DNA from: Rhizophagus irregularis
Taxonomy: Eukaryota
Reading direction: 5' to 3'
Assembly (NCBI RefSeq): GCF_026210795.1
Contig: NC_089434.1
Coordinates: 4,340,001 to 4,404,000, forward strand
Length of the DNA stretch: 64,000 bases
Part shown: positions 40,801 through 52,885 of the stretch, in pieces
Numbering within the stretch: the first letter of the stretch is position 1
How the letters are laid out: every line of letters begins with the position of its first letter
Notes under the pieces: model-generated
Seen by the model: only the letters and a program-made list of their open reading frames with translations
Database searches by the model: none
Told to the model about the DNA's origin: nothing
Translations under genes and position numbers: made by a program

Positions 40801-42254
40801 ATTTGTATTATAAATGGGCTGGAATTTGGAAAGCTCATCGGATGGGAATGCGCGTTGGAAATTTTGGATTACAACGAGATTCATTATCTGCAGCTGGACC
40901 CCTTTATGCAAGTGCGGCAAAATCAAACTATACAACGGCTATTGCACATTTTCTTGCCACTATAGCAGCTCATCCCCAATTAGAAGAAAAATTAAATCAT
41001 TGTAGTGCTTTCAAAATTCCACATGATATTGATGGTGGTCTACATCACGTTTGTTTTGGATTTGATGAGGCCCTTGAGACATTTGGAGTAAGGTTTATCA
41101 AAGGAAATGTAAGTGGAAATGTTATTGACGAAAAAAATCTTAAAAATCAAATAAAAGCATCCCAAAGTGAAAGAGAAAGAATAGATCTTTTAATGAGTGA
41201 GTATATTAATGATAATTCAATTTCACATAGTGAAAGGGCAATTAAATTACGCCAAGAGTCCTTATGGGAGCTCGTTAACGATCTAGTAGCAATATTTGAA
41301 ATGGATAATCCATTATCCCACCAATTATTTCAAAAATATAAACCTACAGAAATTCATCAGGAGGGGCTTGATCGTCTTATTGCATGCTATCCAAATGGAT
41401 TAGAAAGAATTAAAGGAATATATCGACAGGAAGTTTTAAAGATAGAAAATAGAAATACTAAAGGTAGAAGAGCGGTAGGAGTGGTTAGAACGAAAGTAAA
41501 AGATTACAATAACCAAAAAAAATCAATCAATCAATCTGTTACCATGTCTTTGCAATCACAACAAAGAGATACAGATGAAATTTTGAATGAAGACTACCTA
41601 CCCGATACAACCAATCCACAACTTAAACAAAAAAAGCATCGAACTACTAAGGAGAAGATGGAAATACTTTCTGCATTGAAAGTATATAAAGATAAACTGC
41701 CAGACGATGCTATTTCTTCTGTTTGTGAACATTTGTCAGAAATTTGGACTAAAAAAAAAGTAAGGGAGTGGTGGAATTATCATAAGGACAAATAAAATGC
41801 GCTTTTTTCCTAATAAAAAAATATTTATTTGTGTTAGTTATATGCTTAATTTAACTAATATTATTGCAATAAACCAAAAATTCTGCAATTGTCATAAAAA
41901 TTACTATCCCAATCACCTTTTTACGCTTAAGTAACTTGATCGGGCGTAAAAAATTGCATATAATTAGTAATATAAAATAAAGTTTAACGTTTGTTTAAGG
42001 GTTGCATCTGGGAGATAAAACCAAAAAAATAGGAGAAAAGCAGCTATAATAAAGTTTTTTGTAAAAGTATTGTATTATGAAAAAAAACATTGAAGAGTGT
42101 AGACGAAAATATAAAAAAAAAGGTTCGTTAAAAATTTTTGCCACGTTGCATAAAAAAAAATCACGTTGTATTAATCATGACTATTTAGGTATTTTATTTG
42201 CCGATCAATTTTTAATTAGTGATCAACACGTGAAATGACATTTCCGTTGACTGA
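37842..42254 (+). mobile_element. Transposase-bearing DNA transposon, Academ-like
   Basis: TIRs tcagtcagtggaaatgtc / gacatttccgttgactga flanked by tata on both sides (the TSD/TIR boundary is ambiguous); encloses one large gene. Confidence 0.75.
38308..41795 (+). CDS. Large Academ-like DDE transposase with Cys/His-rich region and C-terminal homeodomain-like segment; one frameshift
   Basis: Frameshift at ~38552, GC-AG intron 39360-39429, GT-AG intron 40714-40793; motifs IIDNIDF, IVADEAIF, LLGQWH, KSNY, FDEALET. Family assignment is from motif recall only. Confidence 0.65.
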
Positions 42255-42970
42255 TATAGGATAGATTTTAATAATAAAGTGTTTTGAACATTCAACTGGT
42301 GTGACTATATAGTAGAATGTGACTATAACGGGAGTGACTATAGAGGGAGTTGACTGTATTGCCAATTTCATGTGATTATCATTTTTTATTTGTTTTGTTT
42401 GTTGTTTACATTACAAATGCAATAAATAATAATTTTTTGTCATACTAAACAATAATAATCAAACAACTAAATTTCTTGTATAGTATGTGAATATTTACTG
42501 TATAATATTAGTAAGAGAGAATTTATTCATCGCACGTGCGATGTCATCACTACCCTTTATCACGTGATTAATTAAATTTTCATTATTTGTTTAGATAATC
42601 TTTTTTTTTTGTAAAACGTGTTTCAATTTTCAAGCTTTTTATTTATAAATTCAATATATGATATTAAAGCTAGTAAATGATACAAAAAAAGGCAAAAGAA
42701 GTGGAAATAAAAGGAATAAAAGGAATAAAAAAGGGACAATAAAGAAATGGGGAATAAAGAGAAATGAAAAAGAACTGTAAAGGGGATAAAAAAATAAAAG
42801 AAATGTAAAGGGATAAAAAGAAATAAAAAGAAATAAAAGGAAATGAAAGAGGTGAAAATAAAGGAAAGGGAATCAAAGAAACAAAATAAAGATCAAAAGA
42901 ATGAAATAAAGATTGAAAAGGAACAAAAAAAAGATCAAAGGAACAAAAAAAAAGATCAAAGGAATGAAAA

Positions 42971-44465
42971 AGGACCTCGGAAAATACTTATATAGGTAAG
43001 GTCCCAAAAATATTTTTTATTAGTAGCTCTAAGCATAGGTTTTTACTATGATCGCTAAGCATTGTTAATATCTAACCTTAAAAATTATATAAAAATAAGC
43101 AAATCAATCTTCTAACCTAATTAAATTTTTATTATAACACATATAATTTATAAAATATATTTATTAATTAATATATTTTATTAAATCCAATTTTAAATAT
43201 GTTGTGAAGCTAAACTAAACATAATATACAAGTAGATTAACAATATTCAATTAATAAAGTTAATAAACAGTAAAAGAAAAATTCGAAATTAATACTATTA
43301 CAAAAAATGTAAATTTCTCCATAAGTATTATACTTACACCCATAAAAATTAATATGTAGGTAGTTTCGACCTTGATGAACAATTTTCAATTAATTTAGAA
43401 AGTCGATTTCATTTGACCAAAGAGGTGTAATTACGCTCTGAAGTTGTAAATGGAGAAACGAAAAATTTGGAAGTTAGTACCGTTATGAAAATGCACTTTT
43501 CTCCATAAGTATTATACCCACACTCATGAAAATTAATATATAAGTAGTTTCAAGACCTTGCTGAACAATTTTCAATTAATTTAGAAAGTCGATTTCATTT
43601 GACCAAAGAGGTGTAATTACGCTCTGAAGTTGTAAACAGAGAAATGAAAAATTCAGAAGTTAGTACCGTTATGAAAAATGCACTTTTCTCCATAAGTATT
43701 ATACCCACACTCATGAAAATTAATATATAAGTAGTTTCGACCTTGCTGAACAACTTTCAATTAATTTAGAAAACCGATTTCATTTGACTGAAGTGGTGTA
43801 ATTACGCTCTGAAGTTATAAACGAAAAAGTGAAAAATTTAAAGTTATTACCGTTAAAAAAAATATGCTTTTCTATATAAATATCATACTTAGCCTTAAAA
43901 TACAAGTAGATTTAACTTGCTGAATAAACTTACTTAAACATAAAAGATAATTTGATATAACCAAAGTGGTGAGTAGTGAAATTATATTTTAAAGTAAAAC
44001 ATATTTATAGTAATTTTATTTAACAAAATAAACATGTATAATATAATAATTTTATATTAAAAATAATACACTAAGTTTAATAAAAATTCAAAAGATACTA
44101 TTGACAGATAATTAATAAAACATTGAAAAAAAAAATGAAATTTCATCAAAAAAAAAATTTTTGTTTATGTATTTATATAAAATTGTGAAATGTAGTACAA
44201 AATTAACACTTACCGTTAGTGAAAATAAATAAAAATTAATTATAAATTCAATATATAATATTTTAAAAAGTTATATAAATATGAAAAATAAGCAACTAAA
44301 AACTCTTAGTATTTTAAAATAATACCAAAAATATGCAATTTAATTATCTTACATAGTATAAAATTTTCTTAAAATTAAGCATTATAAAATTCTTACATCA
44401 TAAAACTTTACTATGTTGGCTAAGCACCTTGGTACCTTACATTTATAAGCATTTTCCGGGGTCCT
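42971..44465. mobile_element. Non-autonomous TIR element with three ~180-bp internal tandem repeats
   Basis: aggacctcggaaaatacttata..gtaaggt / accttacatttataagcattttccggggtcct; repeats at ~43300-43900; it splits an aaagatcaaaggaa minisatellite. Confidence 0.7.
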
Positions 44466-44789
44466 AATAAAAATAAAGATCAAAAGAATGAAAAAAAGAT
44501 CAAAGGAACAAAAAAAAGATCAAAAGAACAAAAAAAAAAGATCAAAGAAATGAAAATAAAATCAAAGGAATGAAAAAAAGATCAAAGGAACAAAAAAAAG
44601 ATCAAAGGAACAAAAAAAAGATCAAAGGAACAAAAAAAAAGATCAAAGGAATGAAAATAAAGATCAAAGGAATGAAAAAAAGATCAAAGGAACAAAAATA
44701 AGGGAAAAGAAGATTAAAGAAATGTAAATAAAGATTAAAGGAATGAAAGAAAAGCAAAAGGGATTAAAGAAGTAAAAAAAAAAGAAAAG

Positions 44790-45024
44790 CACTGGTCAAA
44801 AACCAATATATCGGGTAGCAGATATGTATCAGATATGTACCCGATATGTGTAGTATTAATGCAGAAAATCGGGTACCCGATATGTATATGATATGTAAAT
44901 GATATGTATATATTTACACATATCTTACACATATCGGGTACCCGATTTTCTGCATTAATACTACACATATTGGGTACATATCTGATACATATCTGCTACC
45001 CGATATATTGGTTTTTGACCAGTG
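44790..45024. mobile_element. CACTG (CACTA/EnSpm-type) MITE, near-perfect palindrome
   Basis: cactggtcaaaaaccaatatatcgggtagc ... gctacccgatatattggtttttgaccagtg; 3-bp TSD AAG. Confidence 0.92.
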
Positions 45025-45858
45025 AAGAGAAAAAAGAAACAAAAGAAAGAAAAGGGAATGAAAGAAAAATAAAGAAATAGGGGAACAAGGAATAATGATG
45101 TGAAAATAAATAAAGCCCAAATTAAAATAAATGAATCAAAACCCAAACATAAAGAAAAATCCAACCAAAAGAAAGAAGCGATGACCAAAATGATAAGAAC
45201 CTGAAATAAAAACCAAACTTAAAATTAAGGTGTATACTAAAGGGTAAATATTTTATTAATTAAATTTTTCACGCATGTTTCTATATTAAAATTCAGGTCT
45301 AATTACAGGTCTATATATACATAAATTTCCAAACTAAAAATGTTTAACATATGCTACATATTCTATATATACTATATGTTCCATATATACTACATGTTTT
45401 ATATATCCCATATATGCTACATGTTCTATATATTCTATATATTCTATATATCAGACATACACAGGTCGAAAGCTAAAAAATCGGGCATATACCCTATTGG
45501 TAACTATTAAACTAATAGGTTAGCCAAAAATTAGTAATCAATAGGGCATATACCCAATTGATAACTATGTAAAAATTTAGGCTAACCGGATTGAAAGGAT
45601 TTATTAATTTAAATAAATTAGGTAATTATTCAATAGTCATCATTTGGTTTATTACTATATGTGAAACTGAATCCAATAGGAATAAACCGATTGGTAACTA
45701 TAAATTAATCCATTGGTCTATAATACCATACATATATATTACATTATTTTACCGAATTTATAATATTTGACAATACATTTGATATGAATATTCACTAAGT
45801 ATACTTGGCAAGTATAAAATAAAATAACTGATTTATTACAATTTATTAATAATAGAAA

Positions 45859-47038
45859 TTATAAATGGAACTTCCTATTAATCGGTACTACTGCCATATA
45901 AGTTTTCGCCTTCCGTCTGCTGTTATTGTTATTGTTATTTGTTCCGATTGTAAAATTAGTAGGAATAAACTGGCTATAAATATTATGAATTGGAATTATA
46001 CTATCACGAGACATTTCATAAAATTCATTAAGTTTCCAGAGTTCAATATTAACACTGCGGTCATCGTCCTGTTCAGCTCGGCAGTAAAATCTAATTCGAT
46101 GATCATTAACCGGTAGGTACCATTTGACGTAAGCAAGTTTGTGCATTCTTTCACCAATAGTTAGAAGTCGCAATACATGCTCGAAATAAAATTGCACCAT
46201 TCCTGGGTATAATTCTATCAATTCGTTATCTTGGGTAAATTTTGCTAAAATATAAGAATTTTTCTTATATCGAGGTGCTAGCACGGATCCAAAAATTTCA
46301 GCTGCCACTCGAATTCTTCAGCATTGATTAATTATTGGTTGAACAACTACATACGAATCATTCTGTAAACCTCGACTGATCAGATTTGACATGGAGCCAA
46401 ATTCAACATCCATCTTTTCACCATAAACTTCATTATAATAAGTAATCAACTGTTCATACAAATTGTCGGGTAAATCAACACGGTTTTTAATTGGACTTAA
46501 TAAATTGCCCAGATAAATTTCACTGCCAGTGATCGTATCTTCTAATTCGCTGCAGAAAATCCGTTTGAACTGCACCAATTCTTCTGATCTGAGGTCATCA
46601 TAAGCTGCTAATGAACCAGTTGTTTGCCGAGGTTCAATTAACTTAAGACCATTAACAAGCTTCTAATTGCCCGATTGAATAGATATAAGATCATTGATTC
46701 TGCAATTCTGCACAATAATTCTTAGCAATTCCGGTTCAATATATCGTTTTGAATTGGGATAGGAACCTAAAGGGCAAATTTATGATATATTAATTAAAAT
46801 CCGAGACATTCATTGTTAAAATATTTACCTAAGATCCCATTCATTCGTTCAAATGAATAACACCAAAAAGAGTATATTGGACCATAGTCACGACAGCATT
46901 CGGCTATATGCAAAGAAAGGTGTATATTTGGTGTAATTAAATTTTCACCATAATGTTCTTCAATGAGTTGACCAATTTTGAGTAATCTGTTATGGGCCTC
47001 ATTTATTCATTGGTATTAATGATTCGGCAAACCAACAA
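45859..47038 (-). pseudogene. CACTA/EnSpm transposase, C-terminal part
   Basis: LVCRII..HLSLHIAECCRDYGPIYSFWCYSFERMNGIL, intron ~46766-46828, GSYPNSKRYIEPELL..; contains stops and frameshifts. Confidence 0.85.
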
Positions 47039-48189
47039 CACTGGTCAAAATTAATACTATCGGGTACCTATCGGGTACCTGATATGTGTACAATATATGT
47101 GATATATGTGTATGATATTTAACAATGCTACACATATCAGGTACCCGATATGTGTAGTAGAAATGTAGAAAAACGGTGACACATTATGTACATATCACAT
47201 ATACATCTTACACATATCGGGTAGTTAAATATCGGTCACATATCATAGACTTATTGGGTACCCGATATATTATGATATATATCATAAAGATATCATACAG
47301 ATATCATACAGATATCAGACGGATAGATATAGGATAATGATTTCGTATTAATACTAGTAGATTTATAATTTAATTCAGGCAAAAAAATTATAAAATGCAA
47401 TCATAATTTATATATTTTTTTAATTTTAATTCAAAACTTTATTACAATTTAAATTTATTTACACTTTTTAATTAAAAAAAAACAATTATACTAATTATAC
47501 TTGAATACTTGAATAAATATATATAATATATAACTTCTACTAAAAGTAGCATAAAAATAAAATCACTTGTTTGCTTATACCTGTTTGATTATTTAAAAGA
47601 AGCATTAATGATAAATATATTAGTGAGAGAAAAGAGAATGTTATTAAAAAATATTAGTATAGATATATAAATATAGAAAATATTAGTAGAAACATTAGCA
47701 GAAAGAAAAAGTTAGTAGAATAAAAAATGTTAGTAGAAAAAGAACGTATATCAGTAGTAATATAATATTAATAGAAAATATTAAATAGTAAAAATGTTAA
47801 TATAGTAGAAAAAAATAATAAAAAATATATTAGTAGGAGTATTAGTAAAAGAAAAGAAAGAAACGAAAAAAAATGGTAGAAAAACATTAATAAAGAAAAG
47901 AAATATTAGTAATATATACCTTTTTATGCATTTCTAGATATAACAAATAAAAAAAAATATAAAAATATGTATTTCTGGATATATTAAATAGATAAAAAAT
48001 TGTGTTTTTAAGTAAAAAAAAATTGAGAACGAAGAAAAGGTTTTAATAAGATAAACAAAAATGCGAAATGTAAATATTTAAATCATGTGATCACATGATA
48101 ACAATATTACGTAACGTAACTTATCACATGTTATTTTATAGCCTGAATACATTTATAATTAAATTTGGTAAAATTATGTCGTAAAACAA

Positions 48190-48826
48190 AAATTTCTCAA
48201 TCCAAATGACCCCTTCGATTAAAAAATTATCAAAAAAAAATCTTTCCAAATGAACCCTTAGAAAATTCTCTATCAAAAATGCCCTAAGCGATTCCCTTAA
48301 TTAAAAAATACAAAAAATAATTTTCCTAAACGAACTCTTAGAAATTTCTCTATCAAATGATACCTTCAGTTAAAAAATTCTCAAAAAATAATTTTTCCAA
48401 ACAAACTTTTAGAAAATTCTCTATCAAAAAAATTCTCTATCAAAAAATGTTCCAACAGTCCCTTTGGTTAAAAAATTCTCAAAAATAATCTCTCCAAACG
48501 AATCATTAGAAAATTCTCTATCAAAAAATGCCCTAAACGATCCCCTTAATTAAAAAATTCAAAAAATAATTTCCCTAAACACACTCTTAGAAAATTCTCT
48601 ATCAAAAAATGCCCTAAATGATTCTTTTAATTAAAAAATTCTCGAAAAACCATTTCCCAAACGAACTCTTAGAAAATTCTCTATCAAAAATGTTCCAAAC
48701 GTTCCCTTTAGTTAAAAAATTCTCAAAAATAATCTCTTCAAACGAATCCTTAGAAAATTCTCTATTAAAAAATGCCCTAAATGATCCCCTTAATTAAAAA
48801 ATTTAAAAAATAATTTCCCTAAACGA
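48190..48826. repeat. ~81-bp satellite, left part
   Basis: Repeated ttagaaaattctctatcaaaaa...ttaaaaaattc units, cut by the LTR at 48827. Confidence 0.9.
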
Positions 48827-50028
48827 TGTAAACGGTCGAATATCAAGCACGAAAAGATGATAAAATTCAACTACCAAACGTAATTGCCAAATGTTAAGAA
48901 CGAACAAATTAATTATGAATTGGCGTAGATGGATAAATAATTAGCCGAAAAGGATAAACATTTAGGAAGAGTAATGATCTACATGATGTAATATTTATCA
49001 AATGATTGACAAAGAACCAATAGGATAAATAGAGTCGATCAATTGGGGCTTAGCAATCTTTAACAATAAGAACGATAAGAAAGAATAATTATAAGCCACA
49101 AAAGATAGGTTATAAGCAAAACACATAAAGCAAGTTAAAAGAACATATAAAATAATGTCAGAAAGATTAAAGAACATAAAATAATATAAAAGATAATATA
49201 AAAAGATAGTATAAAGATGGAACGTAAAAGATAATATATTAAAAAGAACATATATAAAAAGATAATATATTAAAAAGAACATATATAAAAAGATAATATA
49301 TTAAAAAGAACATATATAAAAAGATAATATATTAAAAAGAACATATATAAAAAGATAATATATTAAAAAGAATATATAAAAGATAACATATTAAAAGATA
49401 GCGTATTTAAAATATAGATAGCATATTAGAAAGATAGTTCAAAGATAATATGTAAAAAGAATATAAAAGATAGTATATAGATAGAATAGAAAGTAGCATA
49501 AAATTTGTATAAATAGAGAACGGAATTCAAAGTAATTCCACAGTTCTCATCCACAGAACTCAATAAAAATATAAGTTTCATTTAATTATGTGTTAGTAAA
49601 GTTTAATGTTAATTAAAGGTAATAGGTTCGCCCTAAACTTTAATTAATGTTCGCTTAATTAATTTTAATTAAATAAATGAAAATTTTAAGATGAATTAAA
49701 TATATGTTTTTGAAAAGTAATAATTCGTAGCGAGAGCTATCGAATTTTGAAATTAAAGATAAAAGTGGATATAATTTGGGAAAATTTAGAGAAGTTAATT
49801 TTATTTTATATCGTTCAACGTTTTATATTACTAACGCTATTTATGTTATGAACCAAGAATGTTGTTGTATGTTGTTCGTTGATTATGTTGTTTGTTAATT
49901 ATGCTGTTGATTATTCGCTTGTTCATTTATTTGTTTGTTCGTTCGTTCATTCGTTCGTTCGACCATGAGAATGCCCTTTCGATGTGGCAACTCTGTAAAT
50001 TGATGACAGAGGGAATTGGGGGATCTCA
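48827..50028 (+). repeat. 5' LTR (1202 bp)
   Basis: tgtaaacggtcg...ggggatctca; contains a 31-bp tandem repeat with one more copy than the 3' LTR. Confidence 0.95.
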
Positions 50029-50030
50029 TA

Positions 50031-50045
50031 TGGTGCATGCTCGCA
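50031..50045 (+). promoter_or_regulatory. Primer-binding site
   Basis: TGGTGCATGC.. begins 2 nt after the 5' LTR; TGG is complementary to tRNA CCA. The tRNA identity is not determined (Gly is a guess). Confidence 0.7.
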
Positions 50046-51518
50046 AGAAAGGAAATGATCATCATCACATGATTATTATTATAATGAATATGAAAATTTA
50101 ATTTCGTTAGTAAGTCACTGATAGGTATTATTAATCAATATTTTATTTTAGAATTTATTTTTAGATTTCAGGTTTTAACGAGTTCAAAAGGAACCAATAA
50201 ATCAATAAGGATTTAATCGAGTTAGAAACTTGAAAAGGTGAAAGATTGGAGTTTGTTGTTGTGCAAGTAATCATTTAATCGATAGAAAGCACAAGAATAT
50301 TTCTTTCGGGAATAAAGTACCTGAGAAATTTTATAAGGAGATGTAGAAGCGAAAGATGAATTTTGGAATAAAGATTAATAATGGGAGAACACCAATGTAT
50401 TATCTGGGGTTCATCTGTGTAGTATGGGTTACCTCTAAGCTTGAATTTTGGATAAATGCTCTAGATTGGAAAATTTTTATTCTTCGACATTAAGGATTAT
50501 AACGTATGGGTTACGTCAAATCTGGATACCCAGCTCAATAATGCGCAAATTGCTTTGGGGACGGGGAACGAAAATTGTAAAGACACCTACTATCAAGAAA
50601 CATTGAATGGATAAAATGGGACAAACCTGTAAACTATCATGCTTTTACCCAATGGGAAAAAGATAGAGATAAGTCCAGTATAGGTCCACCAATTTGAGGA
50701 AAGATAAGTTGGTTTAGATGAGTTTTATGGATAGCTGATGACTTTTGAAACTGGATTTTGGAAGGTTAGATTCACCCGTTAAGAGACGAGTCAGCCAACG
50801 AAAGAAGAAAAGATGGATATGTTGTGTTGTTACAGGCTTTAGGCTACATTTCAGATGAGGATCCTGGTGTAGTGTGCTAAATCACGTTTTCATTACAACG
50901 TTCCGTTGAAAGAAGATAACATAGAAGGATATTTACACATTAACGAGCCGTATAATGAACATTACGTACAGTATTTAATAATAGAATAAAATCCGGAAAG
51001 AAGGACATTCGTTTAAAAAGGATATTTATTTAAAAGAAGAACATTTATTTGAAAAGAAGAATATTTATTTGAAAAGAACGACATTTTGCGTACTATAGAT
51101 TAATTTATATAATATAGAATATATAGTAAGAAGGATTTATGTGGACGATAAGAAAGATGGAAAATTCGCAAACTTTAAAAGTTATGAAAATTTTGGAGTT
51201 TGTGATATGTGATATGTGAGATTATGGATCTTGGTGACAAGAGATAAACTTTGTGGAGCAGTAAAAACCTCCGCAGTCTGAGGAGATCGTGGACCTAGAA
51301 TAATTTTTGGAAATTTTGAGGCGCAGTAAAAATTAATAGTAAAATATGGCATAGTAAATATATAAAACCGAAAGATGGAATTTAAAGATTGAAAGAAGCA
51401 ATCTATTTAAAGATAAAAGAATGTTTGGAAGATTGAAAATAGAAACGATAAGAGTGAAATATATATATATAAAAGGAGGTGAGATTTTAGTTAAGATTCT
51501 GGATGAACGATTACAACG

Positions 51519-52829
51519 ATGGAATGGTATGAAACTTGGAGGGTTGATTACGAAAACCACAAATTAAGACATGACGAAAATATCGGAAATGTAGATATAG
51601 ACGAATTAAGAGGAGAAAATATAACATGTGAAATATGTTATCCAATAAGAAATACACCAGAAGTTTTCAAGAAATTTTGGAAAATATTGCAAAAATTTGA
51701 ATATACGATAAAAGATTATAACGCAGAAACTATAAGAGCGTTATTAAATTTATTAAGTATAGATAGTGAAGAAAGAAATAATTATACAAAAGGAAGGACT
51801 AGAGATGCATTAGATGTAATGGTCGAATCGATAAGATACTTGAAACAACCAGTATTAAGAGAAAAAGGATTAAAGATAATAATAATAGTAATCGTGAGAG
51901 ATTGTATAGAGAATGATAAAGAAGATGAAACAATGGACAGATTAATAGGGAACGAAGAATTAATAAGATATGGTTATATTTTGGAAAATTGGGATGTGAA
52001 TATAAGATTTGGGGAATTTTATGAATGGTATAAAGAAGCTATAACAGATTTTATAGAATGTAAAGATAGCACTATTAGAAGATACAAAAATATATTGTAT
52101 GAGGAAGCAGAATTAAAAGAAGATGAGTCAATAGAAAAAATAGAAGCGTTCAAACAAAAGATTAGATCGATGTTGAACACAATGTACGTAAAAGGTCATG
52201 GTGGAGGAATTGCGAAAGAAGTAATTGAAAAAGTTTATGATAAGATTAGGGGGTTTGAACAATTAAATATAGATGAAACAGATAGTGATGACACACCAAG
52301 AAGTTATACTATAACAGAAACAGACGATGGGGAAGAAGAAAGTTTACCAATTAGTAAAAATGAAGAAATGTCAGATGAGGAATCTGATGAATCTAATGAA
52401 TCTAATAATGTTGAAAAAACAGAAACAACAAAGATATTCAAAGAAATAATTAGAATGGATTTGAAAAGAATGGGTTATGATGTAGAAATAACAGAAATTG
52501 AAAGAATAAGAAAATTTGGAGTAACCGCAAAGATAATAACAACGTACGAATTTATGAAGAAATATTTAACAATATGGAATCTTGAAGATGAAGAATTAGA
52601 TGAACAAATATTACAATGGAGAGTTGAAAATACAAAAGAATGCGAAAGATGTGAAATTGAAAGATTAAAGAAAGAATTTAAAATTGGAGAAGAAATTTGC
52701 GTAGAATGCGAGAAAGATGTTGAAAAAGAAGATCCAACGGATGACGAAGAGGAAATGGAAGAGGATATAAAAAAACCCGAAATTGGCTCAAGTAAAAAAC
52801 CAAAAGTAAAGAGAAAAATAAAAAATTAA
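51519..52829 (+). CDS. Extra retroelement ORF upstream of gag, unknown function
   Basis: 436-aa open frame inside the element; H-x3-H..CxxC near the N-terminus, CERC..CVEC near the C-terminus, acidic tracts, basic tail KKPKVKRKIK. Confidence 0.75.
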   Translation: MEWYETWRVDYENHKLRHDENIGNVDIDELRGENITCEICYPIRNTPEVFKKFWKILQKFEYTIKDYNAETIRALLNLLSIDSEERNNYTKGRTRDALDVMVESIRYLKQPVLREKGLKIIIIVIVRDCIENDKEDETMDRLIGNEELIRYGYILENWDVNIRFGEFYEWYKEAITDFIECKDSTIRRYKNILYEEAELKEDESIEKIEAFKQKIRSMLNTMYVKGHGGGIAKEVIEKVYDKIRGFEQLNIDETDSDDTPRSYTITETDDGEEESLPISKNEEMSDEESDESNESNNVEKTETTKIFKEIIRMDLKRMGYDVEITEIERIRKFGVTAKIITTYEFMKKYLTIWNLEDEELDEQILQWRVENTKECERCEIERLKKEFKIGEEICVECEKDVEKEDPTDDEEEMEEDIKKPEIGSSKKPKVKRKIKN

Positions 52830-52885
52830 AGGAAGTACCTATAATACCAATAATACCAGCACCACCAATAAAACTGAAGATAACA

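Larger units (their letters stand above)
35730..42356. mobile_element. Tc1/mariner (pogo-like) non-autonomous element hosting nested insertions
   Basis: TA|cagtcaactctctttatagtcac ... gtgactatagagggagttgactg|TA; repeated subterminal gtgactata; internal ~120-bp tandem repeats at ~35890-36300. Confidence 0.85.

Noticed and set aside
42548..42560. CACTA motif as the terminus of the host CACTA element
   Set aside because: No subterminal repeats or partner TIR visible in the window.
48998..49282. Duplicated 94-aa hydrophobic ORF (also 58969-59253)
   Set aside because: A translation of LTR low-complexity tandem repeats.
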